64,000 bases of DNA, taken from Blastocladiella emersonii ATCC 22665. Taxonomy: Eukaryota; Fungi; Blastocladiomycota. A program made the position numbers and the translations under genes. Below, piece after piece: positions 22,401 to 34,689 of this stretch. The DNA is taken from contig JANHCV010000008.1 of assembly GCA_025594325.1 (NCBI GenBank), positions 992,001-1,056,000 of the forward strand, in the 5' to 3' direction. The first letter of the stretch is position 1. Every line of letters begins with the position of its first letter. The notes under the pieces were generated by a model that was not told the origin of the DNA, made no database searches, and saw only the letters and a list, made by a program, of their open reading frames with translations.

Positions 22401-22799
22401 GCCTGACTTTTCTGCCACTCCCATCAACACGCGTCGCGACGCGTCTCGGTCGAGCTCGAATTATCTTCTCCTCAATTTTCTCCAAATCCTCTTAATAAAT
22501 CTACCCTCTAACTCTATGCAACTCAACTAAAATCGTCTGGGGCACAGTTCGACGTCGGAATACTCTCCGTGTACCTGACCTCTCACGCTTCCCGCTCCTC
22601 CCGCGGCCACTGTGCATATCCTCTACATTTCCTCCGTCCTTCATGTCCTACGTGGGCATCCACACGCTTCCCTGACGCTTTGATTTAATTCACCGCTTGC
22701 GCGTATTGTGTCTCGCGTTTTTTTGTCTCACGTCTCCTGTCTCGCACTCGTGGCGTGCGCGAGACACATCGCGTCTCTTGTGTCTCACTAGCACGAGAC

Positions 22800-24209
22800 G
22801 CGCACGAGATCTCCATGGTCGGCGCCGAGCTGTTCGCCGCAATGCACTTGCGCTTCGACGCGCTATACCCGAGCCGCGACCATCGTCCGTTTGGCGGCCT
22901 GCACGTCCTCGCGTTTGGCGACTTTTTCCAGTTCGAGCCCGTCATGGCCCGCTCGCTCACGGTTCCATCTGAGCAGCCGGTCGAACGCGCACCCGAACCC
23001 GAGGTGGATGCAGCTCATGATGGCGACTCGATGCGGGTCGACGGCGAGCCTCAGCAGCAGCAGCAGAAGAAGCGCGCGTCCAAGCGCAAGGAGCGGCCAG
23101 CGGTCAGCAGAACTCGAACTGACGCCAACATTGGTCGCGATCAGTGGCTCGCCTTCGACTCGGTCTTCTTCCTCGTGCAGCAGATGCGGCAGTCGGGCGA
23201 CGCGAGCTTCCTCAACGTGCTCCAGGACCTGCGCAACTGCATCGTCTCGCAGCGCGTGATCGAGTACCTCGGCTCGCGGCGAGCAGACGTCGTACTGGGC
23301 CAGCACCCAGGCCAGCTCGACGACTGGAGCGACCAGGTCCTCATCACGGGGCAGAACTCGGTGCGCGACGCGTGGAACTCGATGGCCGCCGCGAAACACG
23401 CGCGTCGCCTCGGTCTCCAACCCGACGAAATCTTTGACCTCGAGTGCGTCGATCTCGTCCGCAAGCCCTCCACAACCGGACCACTCCTTTGGCGGCAGCT
23501 CGTCATTGAGAGCAGCGGTCAGAGCCAGAGCGACCAGCGCATGCTCAACTTCGCAAAACTGCTTCCCTCGAGCAAGACGGACCACATCCCGTCTACCCTC
23601 AAGCTGTTTGCTGGCGCGCGTGTCATCGTGACGCGGAACATCAACACGCCGTACGTCTCCGCGTCATATTCGCCGGCCATTAGGCGCGTGGACTCACCAG
23701 CGCTTCCTCGCTTCGCATCGTGTAGTCGCGGCATCGTCAACGGCGTCATTGGCCGTGTTGAAGGCTTTGCCACCGACGCGAACAACGGCATTGATGCAGT
23801 CATCATCCGGCCCAACAGGGATCTGGGTCGCATCCCCAAGCTACCCGGGATCCCCGACGGCTGCTTCCCGCTGCGCCGCGAGATCACCTCGTTCCGCCTC
23901 AAGAACAAGGTGGCCGGCACATCCAAGACGATCCATCGAGCCTAGTTCCCGCTCGAGCTCGCGTACGCGCTGACGGCGCACAAGGCCCAAGGGATGACCC
24001 TCGAAAAGGTCATCGTTGATCTCGCCGACATGACGCGTGGATCGTTACCGTCGCGCTTCCTGTACATGATCCTATCGCGTGTACGGCGCGGTGACGACAT
24101 CCTGATCCTGCGTGATCCAGGTATCCAAGGCCTGAATCAAACACAGGATCAACATTTACTTGCCGAGTACGCTCGACTGCAAAGTCTGGCGGAGGCAACC
24201 ACTACCTAG
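22800..24209 (+). pseudogene. PIF1-family (Helitron-type) helicase, 5'-truncated
   Basis: Motifs (H)EISM, FGGLHVLAFGDFFQFEPV, QQMRQ..D, RNINTP/RGIVNG (75-nt intron 23651-23725), RA*FPLELAYALTAHKAQGMTL. TAG at 23943 replaces the conserved Gln. No Walker A in the window. Confidence 0.8.
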
Positions 24210-24262
24210 TCCTTAGCTCATTAATACATAGCGATTTTGACACGTCATTCACTACTCGCCTT

Positions 24263-25417
24263 TCAACGCGGACGGAACTTGACGTCCAGCATATTTTCAA
24301 GCCAGCCTAGTCGCCTACTGCTGAGACAGAGTGTGCAAAGCACACACCCGTCGTCGCTCCATTTCGCGTCGCCGTCATCCTCAACCGCGTCGTCAGGGAC
24401 GCGTCCGCCCGTCCGCGAGCCAAGCTCGGAGCCCGAGATTTCACAGTGACACATGGCCAGCGGATGCGCGCTGCCGCCCTCGTCGAAAATTAGTTCCTGG
24501 TCGGCATCGCCATCGTACGCGTTCCACACGGCTCAAGTATGACGAACGCGAAATACGACTACGCGAGATCGCGTCGTTCCAGGTCGCACGGCGCGGCCAA
24601 GCGTGCGAATCGCGCGGTCAGCCTTGCTCCCAAGCACGAGCAGCGGTTGTGGAATAAGTTGCCTGGGTCAGGTCCTTGATCTCAATCGACCTGTGCGGTG
24701 CCATGGAGACGATGAAGTGGTAGGCGACGACCGCGTCAAGCGCGCTGCGCGAAATCGTAACCTGCGAAAGAAATTAGGCCGGCGCCGGCGTCGCATCATG
24801 CCTGATGTGGGTTGTTTGAGGCGAAGCAGGACATGCTTGGACGGTCAACAGCCACGGAACGCATATGCCGGCGTCAGCTTCTTCACCCGGGTCGCGCTGT
24901 TGAGTGCCAACGAGAAACTGATACCAGCAGCGATGGGTGAGCGGCCAGGATCGTCCAGCAGGGTGGCCGACTTGGGCGGCGGTCGGTAGCGGCGCCGCAA
25001 TTCAAGAACAACGATACGGCGAGCATCCGTGGCGACCGAGTCGTACTCGCAAAGAACGTCGGTCGGGTCGTCGGGCGCGGCAAACTCGATGCGCAAGACA
25101 GAGGAATGACCCTTGACCCAAGTTCGGTGGCAGCGGGCCTGGTCGCGCACGGTGGCCCACCAGTAAATGGACAGATCGGCAATGCGCGGTGTGCTGCCAG
25201 CCGAATCAAAAGTAAGACATCCGTTACGGGCAAGAAAAACGGCGTGACCGACGCTTTCGTCGCAAACGAGCAAGTGCACAGCGCGACTCGCCGGCGTGCA
25301 CGCGGCCACGTCGCGCGGGTGCCCAACCGCCGCGAGGTGAACGAGCACGGCGATCCACAAGTCGGGCGAGAGGTCCGCGCGTTCCATTCGTTGCATCGAC
25401 TTTGATCTGCCGTACAT
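24263..25417 (-). CDS. F-box-like protein, probably spliced or decayed at the 3' end
   Basis: N-terminal DLSPDLWIAVLVHL...RDVAAC..ASRAVHLLVCDE fits an F-box pattern. ORF ends at 24845; further coding-like segments follow a TTTCGCAG acceptor. Confidence 0.45.
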
Positions 25418-25536
25418 GCGTTGAAGGTAAGGGGGAGGGAGCAAAGCTGGCAGCGCTTCACGCCAGGTCTCACGTCCGCGACCGCGTCGCGTGACGGGCG
25501 GCGCCACAGTGAAAAAGGGGGCCGGGCGCCAAGTCT

Positions 25537-25777
25537 CCTAAGCGTCCGCAAAGCCACTTTGAGGCGGACTTAGGGCCAACCTTAGCGTTGAACACTTAAG
25601 GGACCCTTTGCGACGCTTAGCGCGACTAAGTTGCTTTGGAGACTTTGCTGCGGACAGGCCTAAGTGCCTTTGGGCCCTTTGCGAGCAAAGTCGCTTAGCT
25701 TCACTTAGCGCTGGTCGCGCGCAAAGGGCCCTAGCGCGTCGCTAAGGGTCGGTGCAAAGTTTGACAAAGACGCTTTG
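25537..25777. repeat. Array of ~20 CTTWG/CWAAG motifs with nested inverted repeats
   Basis: GGGCCCTTTGCG (~25672) is the reverse complement of CGCAAAGGGCCC (~25720). GACCCTTTGCGACGC (~25602) pairs imperfectly with GCGTCGCTAAGGGTC (~25736). Confidence 0.55.
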
Positions 25778-27255
25778 TATCGAAATCACGGGACGCAAAA
25801 AAAAGCGGGGGCGGCGCCGGGATCCGGGCCGCACGCTTGCGCGCACGCACCCTGCACCCCAGCACCGCCCCCGCACCCGCCCACATCGCCGTGACCATGG
25901 CCATGGCCGTCTTGAGGATCTTGGCCAGCTTGGGCCGCGACTACACTGAGGCAAGCGATGGAGAGCGATTTGAGTGAAGGGGATCGAGCAAGTCGATGTG
26001 CAGGACGAGTGAGAAGAGCGAGGACGTACCCGCGTCGCGAGCGCCTTGGCCGATCCGGCTTGTCACTCGATCAGCTAGCTATACAGGGCGCGCCGCGGTG
26101 TGCACCAGGTTAGCTGCCGCCGAAATGGGCGAGTCGGAGAGAGAGACCGTACCGGGACCGCGTGCGGCCGTCTGTACGAGAGAATGGTGGACAGCGCGAT
26201 GATGGCCTACGCGCATTTATCGTCGCAAGGTCAGTGCTGGTCGAGTCAGAGTCGGCGAGGAGGTGAGTCGAGGCGTGGCGAGGGTGGCGGGAGAGCTGAA
26301 GCGTTGCCTTGTCGCGAGGGCAGTGTCGTGAGGAGAGAAACGTATCGATAGACTTGGCCGCTTGTGCGCCTTGGACATCGACTTGACCGACGATGCGGTG
26401 CGACTAGAGGGGCGGCGGCGGCGAGTGCGGCGGTGCGGGAGTGAGAAGGCGAGATGGAGCCCGACTCGCAGACGTACCCGCTCGGGGTGGTCGTGGCGGC
26501 GGCCGCAGCGGGAGCGACGGCGGCGCTGGCTCTGGTGCTGGTTCGGGTGCGCATGCAGGGCGCGCGAGCTGAGGAAGGGCAGCGGGAGCGTGTCGAGAGC
26601 GGGGTGAGACTCACTGGACAGGGTGCGGATGCGCGAGAGACGGCGAGCGGGACGACGGTGGAGGGGACACCCGCATTGCGACGGGCGCTGTGACGAGCGG
26701 GTTGCGAGGTCGGGAGGCTGCGCACCGAGGTGGAGCCGGGCGAACGAGCGCGTGTCGATCTGCGTGCCGTCGTGCGGGTCGGTCAGCGCCGGGCTCGTGT
26801 GGCGCGGCGTGGGGAGGGCGACGAGCGTGTGTAGAGAGGGCGGCGGACGTGTGAGAAGCGGGCGGCGGGCGACGGGCGTGTGTGAGGGGAGCGGCGGTCG
26901 GTGCGAGGGGCCCCGCCGGCTTATGTAAGGCCGGCGGCAGCGAGCGGGGGGCAGCGGGGAAGGGCAGAGTCCCTCACCGAAGCGGCGAAGCGGCCAACGC
27001 GCAACGCGGCGCGCCGATCCAAACGCGCATCACGTGATATCGCGACGCGTCTCGCACTGTCTCGCGCGTCCGCCCCGAGCCGCCCCCAACCCCGACGCTC
27101 CCGCACGACCCGCGACCGACCACACACGATACAGAAAAACACTCGAAATCAACTCAAACCTCCGGTCCTCGCGACCGTAAGCACACAGAACGCTCCGCCG
27201 TCCAAACTCGCCGCTCACCGCGTCACGGCGGCGCGGCTTCGCACACCAGCTCGGC

Positions 27256-28703
27256 CTACTCATCGCCCGGTGCGACACCACCTTCGCCGCCCGCAGCGCC
27301 GCATGTCGCGCCGCCCGCCGCACCGCCCGCGCCACCTGCAGCTGCATCGCCGCCGCCGGCCGGCGCCACGCGCGGAGGATAGAAGAAGGCGTCGAGCGGG
27401 TCGCCTTGGTGGAACTCGGCGAGCTCGCGGATGCGCTCCTGCGCCCGGTCCGACGTGCCCACCGTGTCGGGGACCTGGATGTTGGGCGCGAAATCGGCCG
27501 GAATGTAATCGGCCAGGTCACTCGTCGGCAGCGGCACGTCGACCTCGCCCGCTACACCTTGCGCCGGCATAACGAACCGAACGGCCGAGCGCCGCTTAGC
27601 GCTGGCCCCCGTCGCCGGGTGCTCGCTCTCGTACCGGTGGCAGTGCCACACCGCCGAGGCGAACTAGAGGCGCCAAGCGAGTGGACGACGTGAGCAGGGT
27701 GGTCGAGCAGCGAAAGAGCGGGTGAGTAGTAGAAACGCACCGAGGCCGATATCCATGGGGCGAACTGCGCCTCCACTGTCTCCCCAACTTGAGACGTCGG
27801 GATCGCGACAAACGACTTGCCCTCCGTGGTCCCAAGGACCTTGGCGAGGTGCGCGAGAGTCGCCTTGGGCAGGCGCGACGCGGGGACGGCGCGGCCGCCA
27901 CCCACCTTGTGCACCATGCCGCCGCCGCCCTGGGTCAGGTGCAGCAGGCCCTCGACGCCCGCCTTCATGCGCGTCACGAGCGCGGGACCGTGGTGCGATC
28001 CCCGCGACTTGGCGCTCGCCGCCTCGCGAGGCGCCGCGTCCGAGTACTTCTTGGCGCGGCGCTCCACCTTGGTCTTGAGCGTCTGTTTGTGCCGCTCGTC
28101 CGCCTCGGCGCCGGTGCGCTCCACGACGCGATCCAGGACGCGCGACTCAAAGGACTTGAGTTCTTCCGCGTCGAACTGAGTGAACTCGAGCGCCTGGACG
28201 CCCGCAGCGGCCGCAGCTTGGGCGCGCTCGTTGGCCATCTCGGCCAGGATCTCGGTCTCGGACGTGTTGATAATTCGCTAGATTGATGCGGGCGGAGGTG
28301 CGCGCGTTAGTTTACGATGAGAGGGCTCGAAACGCGTGGATCATACGTCTTCGTCGGGCACGCGGTTGCGCCGCTTGGGCGGCGTGGGCTGCGGGGCCGT
28401 GGCGCCACCTTGGGCACCTTGGCCGCCCCCAGCGTGGAAGGCCTGTAGCTGTTCCATCACGAGCCGCATCTGCTGCACCTAGACAAGAGTTGTAGCGCGC
28501 AGGCGTTGGCGTCAGCGAAGCGCAAACCACTGGTTCGAGTCAACGGCTGAGATGCGGACCTGCTCCTTGAGCGGTGCGACGGCGTCGTCCACCGCTTCGG
28601 CGATGGAAGCGGCGACAAGAGGCGGCAGCTCGTCGCGCATGACGTCGCGGACGATCGCGGGCGTCACACGCTTGGCAATGTCGACGAAGGCCTGTTCGGC
28701 CAT
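27256..28703 (-). CDS. Four-exon hypothetical protein
   Basis: Three canonical introns join MAEQAF..LKEQ / VQQMRL..VPDED / RIINTSETEILAEM..WISAS / FASAVWHCHRYE..GDE* in frame. GC3-rich; no recognised domain. Confidence 0.6.
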
Positions 28704-29016
28704 GGTTGGTCCAGTCGCTGGTGCGTGTGCGGCGTGCGTTGCGTGAAGTGGGAGGGTGCCGATACGTGGCTACGTGGTGTGCGTTGCCGCGACGGGGGAG
28801 CGCGAGTCGGCGGACGGCCGAGGGCGCGGCGAAAACGGCAGAGTCCCCAGGGACTTCGCGTTGGCGCGGCCCCGAAACGCAGCGCGCCGCTCACCTCGCG
28901 CGCGTCTCGCCCGCCGAGCCCGCCGGCCTGCCGCCTCTCCCCCACCGATTCCTCCGCTGACGGCACACTTCTCGATCAATTCCACTACCACTTGCTGCAA
29001 ACGACGCATCAACACC

Positions 29017-29090
29017 ATGAACAAACCCAAGGGCGCCGGGAAGCGCAGGGTCCCGTGCGGCTGCATCTACTGCAGGCTGCCGAGGGCGAG
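29017..29090 (+). other. Orphan first exon (MNKPKGAGKRRVPCGCIYCRLPRA) of a truncated gene
   Basis: ATG with a CxCxxC motif followed by a GTGAG donor; divergent from 28703. No following exon found. Confidence 0.35.
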
Positions 29091-29244
29091 GTGAGGACGC
29101 GTTTAGATGTCACGTGAGGGACACATCGGGCAAAAAAATGTCTCGCGCGCGTGTCTCGCGCGAGGAACGCACTGCGGACCGAGGTCTGGATCCGAAACCT
29201 CGTCCATAATGCTTCACTCGCTCCAAATTTGAACGAATCACTTA

Positions 29245-29571
29245 ATGCAACAAACCATGGCATCGACAACCGATCCGCCTGCTACAGCGAGCATGGAGTC
29301 AGCGCTCGCGGATGTCGCGGCCTACTCGAAGTCGCGTCCCGAGAACTCGCGGAACTCGGTCTCGCTCGACACGGCGCTCATTTATGGATCGATGAACTTG
29401 CGGCTGGGCATGATCCACACGGCCCTGCGCGACCGCGCGATGCAACCTTATCACGTCCATTCCGCGCTGGCCGCCGGCGCCCCGGAGCCAGACCAACGAG
29501 TACTCCACACGCTGTCTATACAATATATATTCACGCAACGTCAAACGTTCGGCGGCGACCCGAGCAGGTGA
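29245..29571 (+). pseudogene. Family A N-terminal module only
   Basis: ALIYGSMNLRLGMIHTALRDR matches the family N-module. Ends against the 3' end of the opposite-strand gene. Confidence 0.55.
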
Positions 29572-31791
29572 ATCCATGCCACGAACTCGCTCCAGTTGCA
29601 GGGGCCCTCGCCCGGGCGGATCTCAGACGCCGCAGCGGCCGTGTTCGCGTCGCGGATGGCCGCGGCCACGCGCATCGCCTCGACCTTGTCGCTCGGAAGC
29701 TTCTTGCGGTGGCGATTGACGCCCGCGACGGCGGTGCGAGCGCTCGCGGGCTGCGGTCGCGCCAAGCTGGAGCACGCGGACTTTCGCTCGCGGAGCCAGT
29801 CCAGTACGCCCGCGACAATCGGCGGACGCGCGGCTACTACACGTCGGTGGGGCGAGGGTCAGTCCAATCCGCCGCGACGCTGCCGCCGCGACGCGCTAAA
29901 CCGTACCGTCGGCGTTGACGAAGATGACGTTGGCCGCGTCGGGCCCGTCCTAATACACGAGCTTGAGGTGGGCGGGCGAGACGCAGGCGACGAGAGTGAG
30001 CTCGAGCACGATCTCGTGCAGCGGGTCCGCGACGTTGACGATCACCTCGCGCACCAGGTCGACCATCTTCTGCCGCGTCTCGGGAACACGGAGGCCGAGC
30101 ATCGGGATGGCGCGGCTGCAGTCCTTGATCATGGACGGCGGAATGTCGACGCTGCGCCCGAGTAGGTCACCGGGCCTGCACGCGGCCGCGGCGTCGAGCA
30201 CGCCCTGGATCGTGGGGTAGATGTTCTTGGCGTTGGTGCGCGCGCCGGAATCCGCGTCGTGGCGCCCGCCCGCCATGCCGTCCCGCCGCATGAAGAACAG
30301 CAGCGGCGTCACCTTGGCGTACATGGCGAGGCGCTTCCACGCCGCGGACTTGGACCCGTCGTCAGCGAGCCACGCCGGGTAGTCCTTGTCGTCGTACACG
30401 AGGGCGCGGTACCACCGGCGCGCGCGCGTCATGAGCGAGTGGTTGGTGGTGTGGATGAGCGCGGACACGATCTCGGCCTTGGTCGCCTCGGGATGGATGA
30501 ACACGCCGCCGCAGCCGAACGCTTCCTTGACGTTGTCGGCGACGGCCGCGAGAAAGAGCGAGAAGCGGGCCTGCTCGTGGATCTCGATCTCGCGCGCCAG
30601 CGCGGTCCGACCAGTGGGAGGCCCGCCGAGCTCGCGCGCCCACCGCACGTGGTCGTCGGCGGACCCAGCCGTGCGCATCACCGTTTCGAGGACGCGGGCC
30701 GACTGCCGAGACGCGTCGCGGACCCGATCGAGGTAGTGGGACCGCAGGGACATGCTGTTGAGAAGGTTGAGGATGCGGTACAGCACGTACGCGCCGAGCA
30801 GGTGCGCGAGCGACTCGCCGCCACTCGCGCCCACCTTGCCAAAGAGCGAGTCGACGTGGGGACGGATCACGACGGCGGGCGGAGAAGCCGGCGCGGACCG
30901 GTCGTCAGCGATCTCGTCGGCCTCGTCCTTTTCGACGTCGCTGAGGTCGTCAGCGGCGGCGGCAAACTCCTCGTTGGTCATGGCGGGACGAGCGGGCGCG
31001 GGTACGGGCACGGCGGCGGGTGCGGAGGACGAGGGCAAAGGCGCAGCGACGGGCGACGACACGGCGGCGGGCTCGGGCCGCGCGGGAGGGGACACGGGGA
31101 CGGGCAGAAGAGGTGGGGGTGGTGCGGTACTGGCGACCGTGTCGGGCGGCGACGACGAGGCGATCAAGGGAAGGAAGGGCGGTCTTGGAAGGAAGGCGAT
31201 CGGCGGCGCGGCGAGCGCATCGGGCGCAGGTGTCGTTGGCGGCGGCGTGGCCAGCGACTCGGCGCAATCGTCGGCGGTCGGCGTTACAATTGGGTTTGCT
31301 GTCATTTCGAGGGCCGAAGAAGCCGAGGGACGTGTTCCCGACGCGGATTGTTCAGTAAACTGCGGAGCGGCGACAAGCGTAGGTTCGGCGAATGCCCCGA
31401 CTCGCGGTGCCGCGGAAATAAGCGTTGATGCAGCCATGGCAGTTTGAGCTGAAGGCGGGGCGTGCGCGGAAAGCTCTGTAAGTTTAGCGAGAGCGCCTTC
31501 TGCTCGGGAGAGGTCAACGGCGGCTGCACAGATGGGGCCGGCGACAAACGAGGAACCAGGTGCGCAGCGCAGCGCGAGGGCCGTGTGCATAAGCTTTAAG
31601 CGCATATTCAGGACATTGCACAAGGCGCCTTTGTGGGCAGTGGATGCTCCATCGGCGTCGGTAGTCGGAAGTGTCCCCGCGGCCTCAAAGTGGGCGAAGG
31701 AGGCAGCCGCGCGGCGCAGGTCGTTGGGCGCGGGACGGGTCGCTCCGGGTTCCATAAACGCATTGCAGGAAGTCTCCATGGCTGAATTCAT
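29541..31791 (-). CDS. Chimera: family A (A5) N-module + Pro-rich linker + unrelated GC3-rich domain; one in-frame TAG
   Basis: METSCN..KGALCNVLNMRLKLMHTAL, then non-family sequence. The frame continues past TAG 29950 (DGPDAANVIFVNAD), then an intron (GTACGG..TAG) joins to ORF 29541-29765. Confidence 0.6.
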
Positions 31792-32418
31792 CGCATAGTT
31801 GGTGGACTCGCAAGCGAGGGGAGACAGAGTGCTAGCGTGGCGAGCCGGTCGAGTGACTCCGCCACATCCGAGGCGTCACATGATGTCTCGCGGCGATTTT
31901 CGAGACGCGTCGCATTTGCCGGTGCAATGCGACTGCGCAGCCATCACTTGAATCGACGCAAATTTGATTCGCCTTACACCAGAAGCACGACTTGTTCGTG
32001 ACGGAGCTCGCTACGATGCAGCTGGGGTACGCGTGGGGGAAGCGTGATGTGTCAAGAGCCGCTCAGGACCAAGCTTTGCTACTCCCACATTTTAAACGTC
32101 ATCAGCGAGAGCCCCGAAAGCGCGTCGCGGGGGATGATTCGTCTTATGAGTGCGTCTTGGGAACAACGAGCCAATCGGGCATACTTTCGAGGTAGTCGGT
32201 GCAGCAGTGCTTGTCAAGAAACTCACGAACCAGAAACGTCTCATAAATGAGCACGCATGTGCGCCTCCTTCGCTCGCATCGCGATTGTCATTATCATCAT
32301 CGACCACAGTCGTGTGCCGTTCGTTGTATCGCTGCTTCGCCGAGGCATATTACAAACGAGTATATTATTTTCTACGCGATGTTCGCCCCACCTTAGCCTC
32401 TGGCCGAGCCTTGCGAAG

Positions 32419-33090
32419 TTATGGCCAAATTTCACGGAGTATGCGCGTCCTAATGGTTGCTGGAAGCGCCAGAAGCGCGCGGAAACCGCGTTGTGCACAC
32501 AATAGGGACTCTGTTTGCAACATCAACGAAGTGCCCGAGACCTTTGCGTTCGGGAGTGCAGTACAAAAGTTACGGACGGCCTGCATCAGCTCGTCATCGC
32601 TGATGTTTGCCCGGGTAAGCCAGGGCAGGGCGATTCTTGCCGAATGTGCGCTCGTGACAAAGAGCTGGGCAAACGACCGTGGGTTCTTGAGCGAGAGACT
32701 TTCGTTGGTGGCGTGCGAGTTGGCAAGGTCGGGGTGCTCGCCGAGCTCCGTACAGGAGGTACATGGCCCACCGGAAGCCACGGGGACAGCGGAGCCCGTT
32801 CCTGGAAGTGACGGGATATTGTAAACCGGGGCGTGCGGATTCAGCAGAGCGGACGGAAAAATGAGATCGCCAAGCGCGGACGTCATGTCTGCGATCGACT
32901 TGGTTCCGTCTTGAAGAAGCCTGTCGAAAATCACATCGGGATTGTAGCCCAGGCCAAAGTAAATCTTGGTCACGAAAATGTGTTTCAGAGAGCGATCCAG
33001 CTGAACTTCTGCGTCCACGCGCACAGTCTCGGCAAGGAGCGGACAAAACCTGGTGTAGAAGGAAGGGACAGTTTCGACCATCCAAGCGCG
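32419..33090 (-). pseudogene. Family A (A2) 3' half
   Basis: ETVPSFYTRFCPLLAETV, FVTKIYFGLGYNP, CTSC-x12-H-x4-S (last Cys lost). Begins abruptly at a junction with an A1 copy. Confidence 0.7.
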
Positions 33091-34421
33091 GGATTCACGC
33101 ACAGCGTGCACGATTGCCCGCGAAGCGGGAGTGCGCGACGGTCTGACGAGCGCGAGTTTGGGTCGCGGCAAAGCTCAGAGTCCCAAGGCGCGATGGAAAT
33201 TGGAAAAGATGGATGATGCGCGCGATGCCGCGAAATGGAGCGAGAGCGGGATCGCAAGCGGGTACAGGATATTGAACGGTTATAGGCACGGGACCGTGAG
33301 CGAGTGCGGGGCCGCGACCGTGATCTTGATTTCGATGAGAGTCCGCGCGACGAGGTTGGTGATTGGGAACGCGCACGTGGCTGGTGGGGAACCGCATAAT
33401 CCGTTGGTCGAGCCGGAGCAAGCGGTGGCTTGTCACGAGGCTGCTTAGGATCTACATTGCCGGCGTGCTCCATACGCAACAGCCGGTAGTATTCATTAAC
33501 GATGTCACCAAGCGAGGCCTTGTCGTCATCCACGATTCGCCAAACTGTCGGCGAAGTCCGCGCAAAAGCTCGTTTGAGTTTCTCGGCGAAGATAAGCTTA
33601 ACGAAGCGTTCCCGCTCGAGCTCGGGCGTCACCTGCGTCACCTCGGCGAGCACGTCGCGGAAAATCGCGAAAAACGAGCGGATCTTGGTGCGAGACCGTG
33701 GAGCGAGTAGCGGCCGTTTTTGAAACCACCTCGCATTCCAGCCGCAGGTTGCCACACGATTGAAAGTGGTCTCGGCTTCGTCGTTGGAAATGAAGGTGCG
33801 TAGCAGGACTCCATAAACGGTGTAAAGGTCGGGCGCGACTCGGCTTCGCGCCGCGAGTAACAGTTTCGCGAGCGGTGCACGCGGAGCAATACATTGCAGG
33901 CGCTTCGCGAACGCACGCGGGGTTCGCTCAATCATGGAGGGGTTCCACTCGCGGAAGAAGGGAGCTTTGCGGTCGGCAAGAGTGGTAAGCGCAGCAAAGT
34001 TGGAGGTGGAGCTGTTGGCCGACCATAGCTACGCGCTCTCGTAGGGCGACGCGGTGAAGGCGAGCGCAAACGGCAAAACTGTGATGCTGGGCCGGGGGCG
34101 CCATTAGTATTGAGTGCTCGACTCGCGGTTGCAGCCAGGCGTATGTCAAGCGAGGTGCCGAGCCGCTCGATACGGGGCAAGGACTCGACTGCGACACGGG
34201 CGCGCTCCCCTTCGATTTTTGCTTCAGGGCGAGAAGCAGGCAGACATCGAGACGCCAGAGTGCCGCGGATAATATCTATCCGCAGTCGCATGACAGTGAT
34301 AAGAGCAGCGGCACGGAGTTCGGCGAGGTCGCGGTGGCTCTTGGGCAGCCGGTTGTCCCGCAGTGCGGACGTGTGCATCGGCCAACTCCAAGATATCGGT
34401 TCCGGCTCTGTCCATGTGCAT
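33090..34421 (-). pseudogene. Family A (A1) 5' part, frameshifted, truncated in the zinc knuckle
   Basis: Close paralog of 921 (VMRLRIDIIRG; IVDDDKASLGDIVNEYYRLL; RS tract; CTLC). Frameshifts near 34375 and ~33940. Confidence 0.7.
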
Positions 34422-34689
34422 GTTGCATGAAGTTACGTGGTGGTTGAATGCATTGCAAGTTCGGGGTGAAGACCGTCGTCAGGTCCCGAGCCAACGGAGT
34501 TGACAGCTTGGTCGGCTACGTCACGCGGACGTGTTCACCGCGTTAAACATTTTCATTTGTGTGTTCCCAGGGCTTCGGAACAGCACAATTTATTTGAAGT
34601 CAATCACCGGCAACATCCGAGCAAATATCGTATCGTGCCCAAAAAAAAATTCCCGTATCAGGTATCGCGTCTACGATACCGGGAGCGCG

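Noticed and set aside
24200-24212. CTAG-T after the helicase as a Helitron 3' end
   Set aside because: No upstream GC hairpin, and the CTAG overlaps the stop codon.
25560-25600. Telomeric TTAGGG repeat
   Set aside because: Only one exact hexamer, not tandem; part of the CTTWG array.
25880-26730. Possible additional minus-strand spliced gene
   Set aside because: Some splice-like signals exist, but I could not build a consistent in-frame model.
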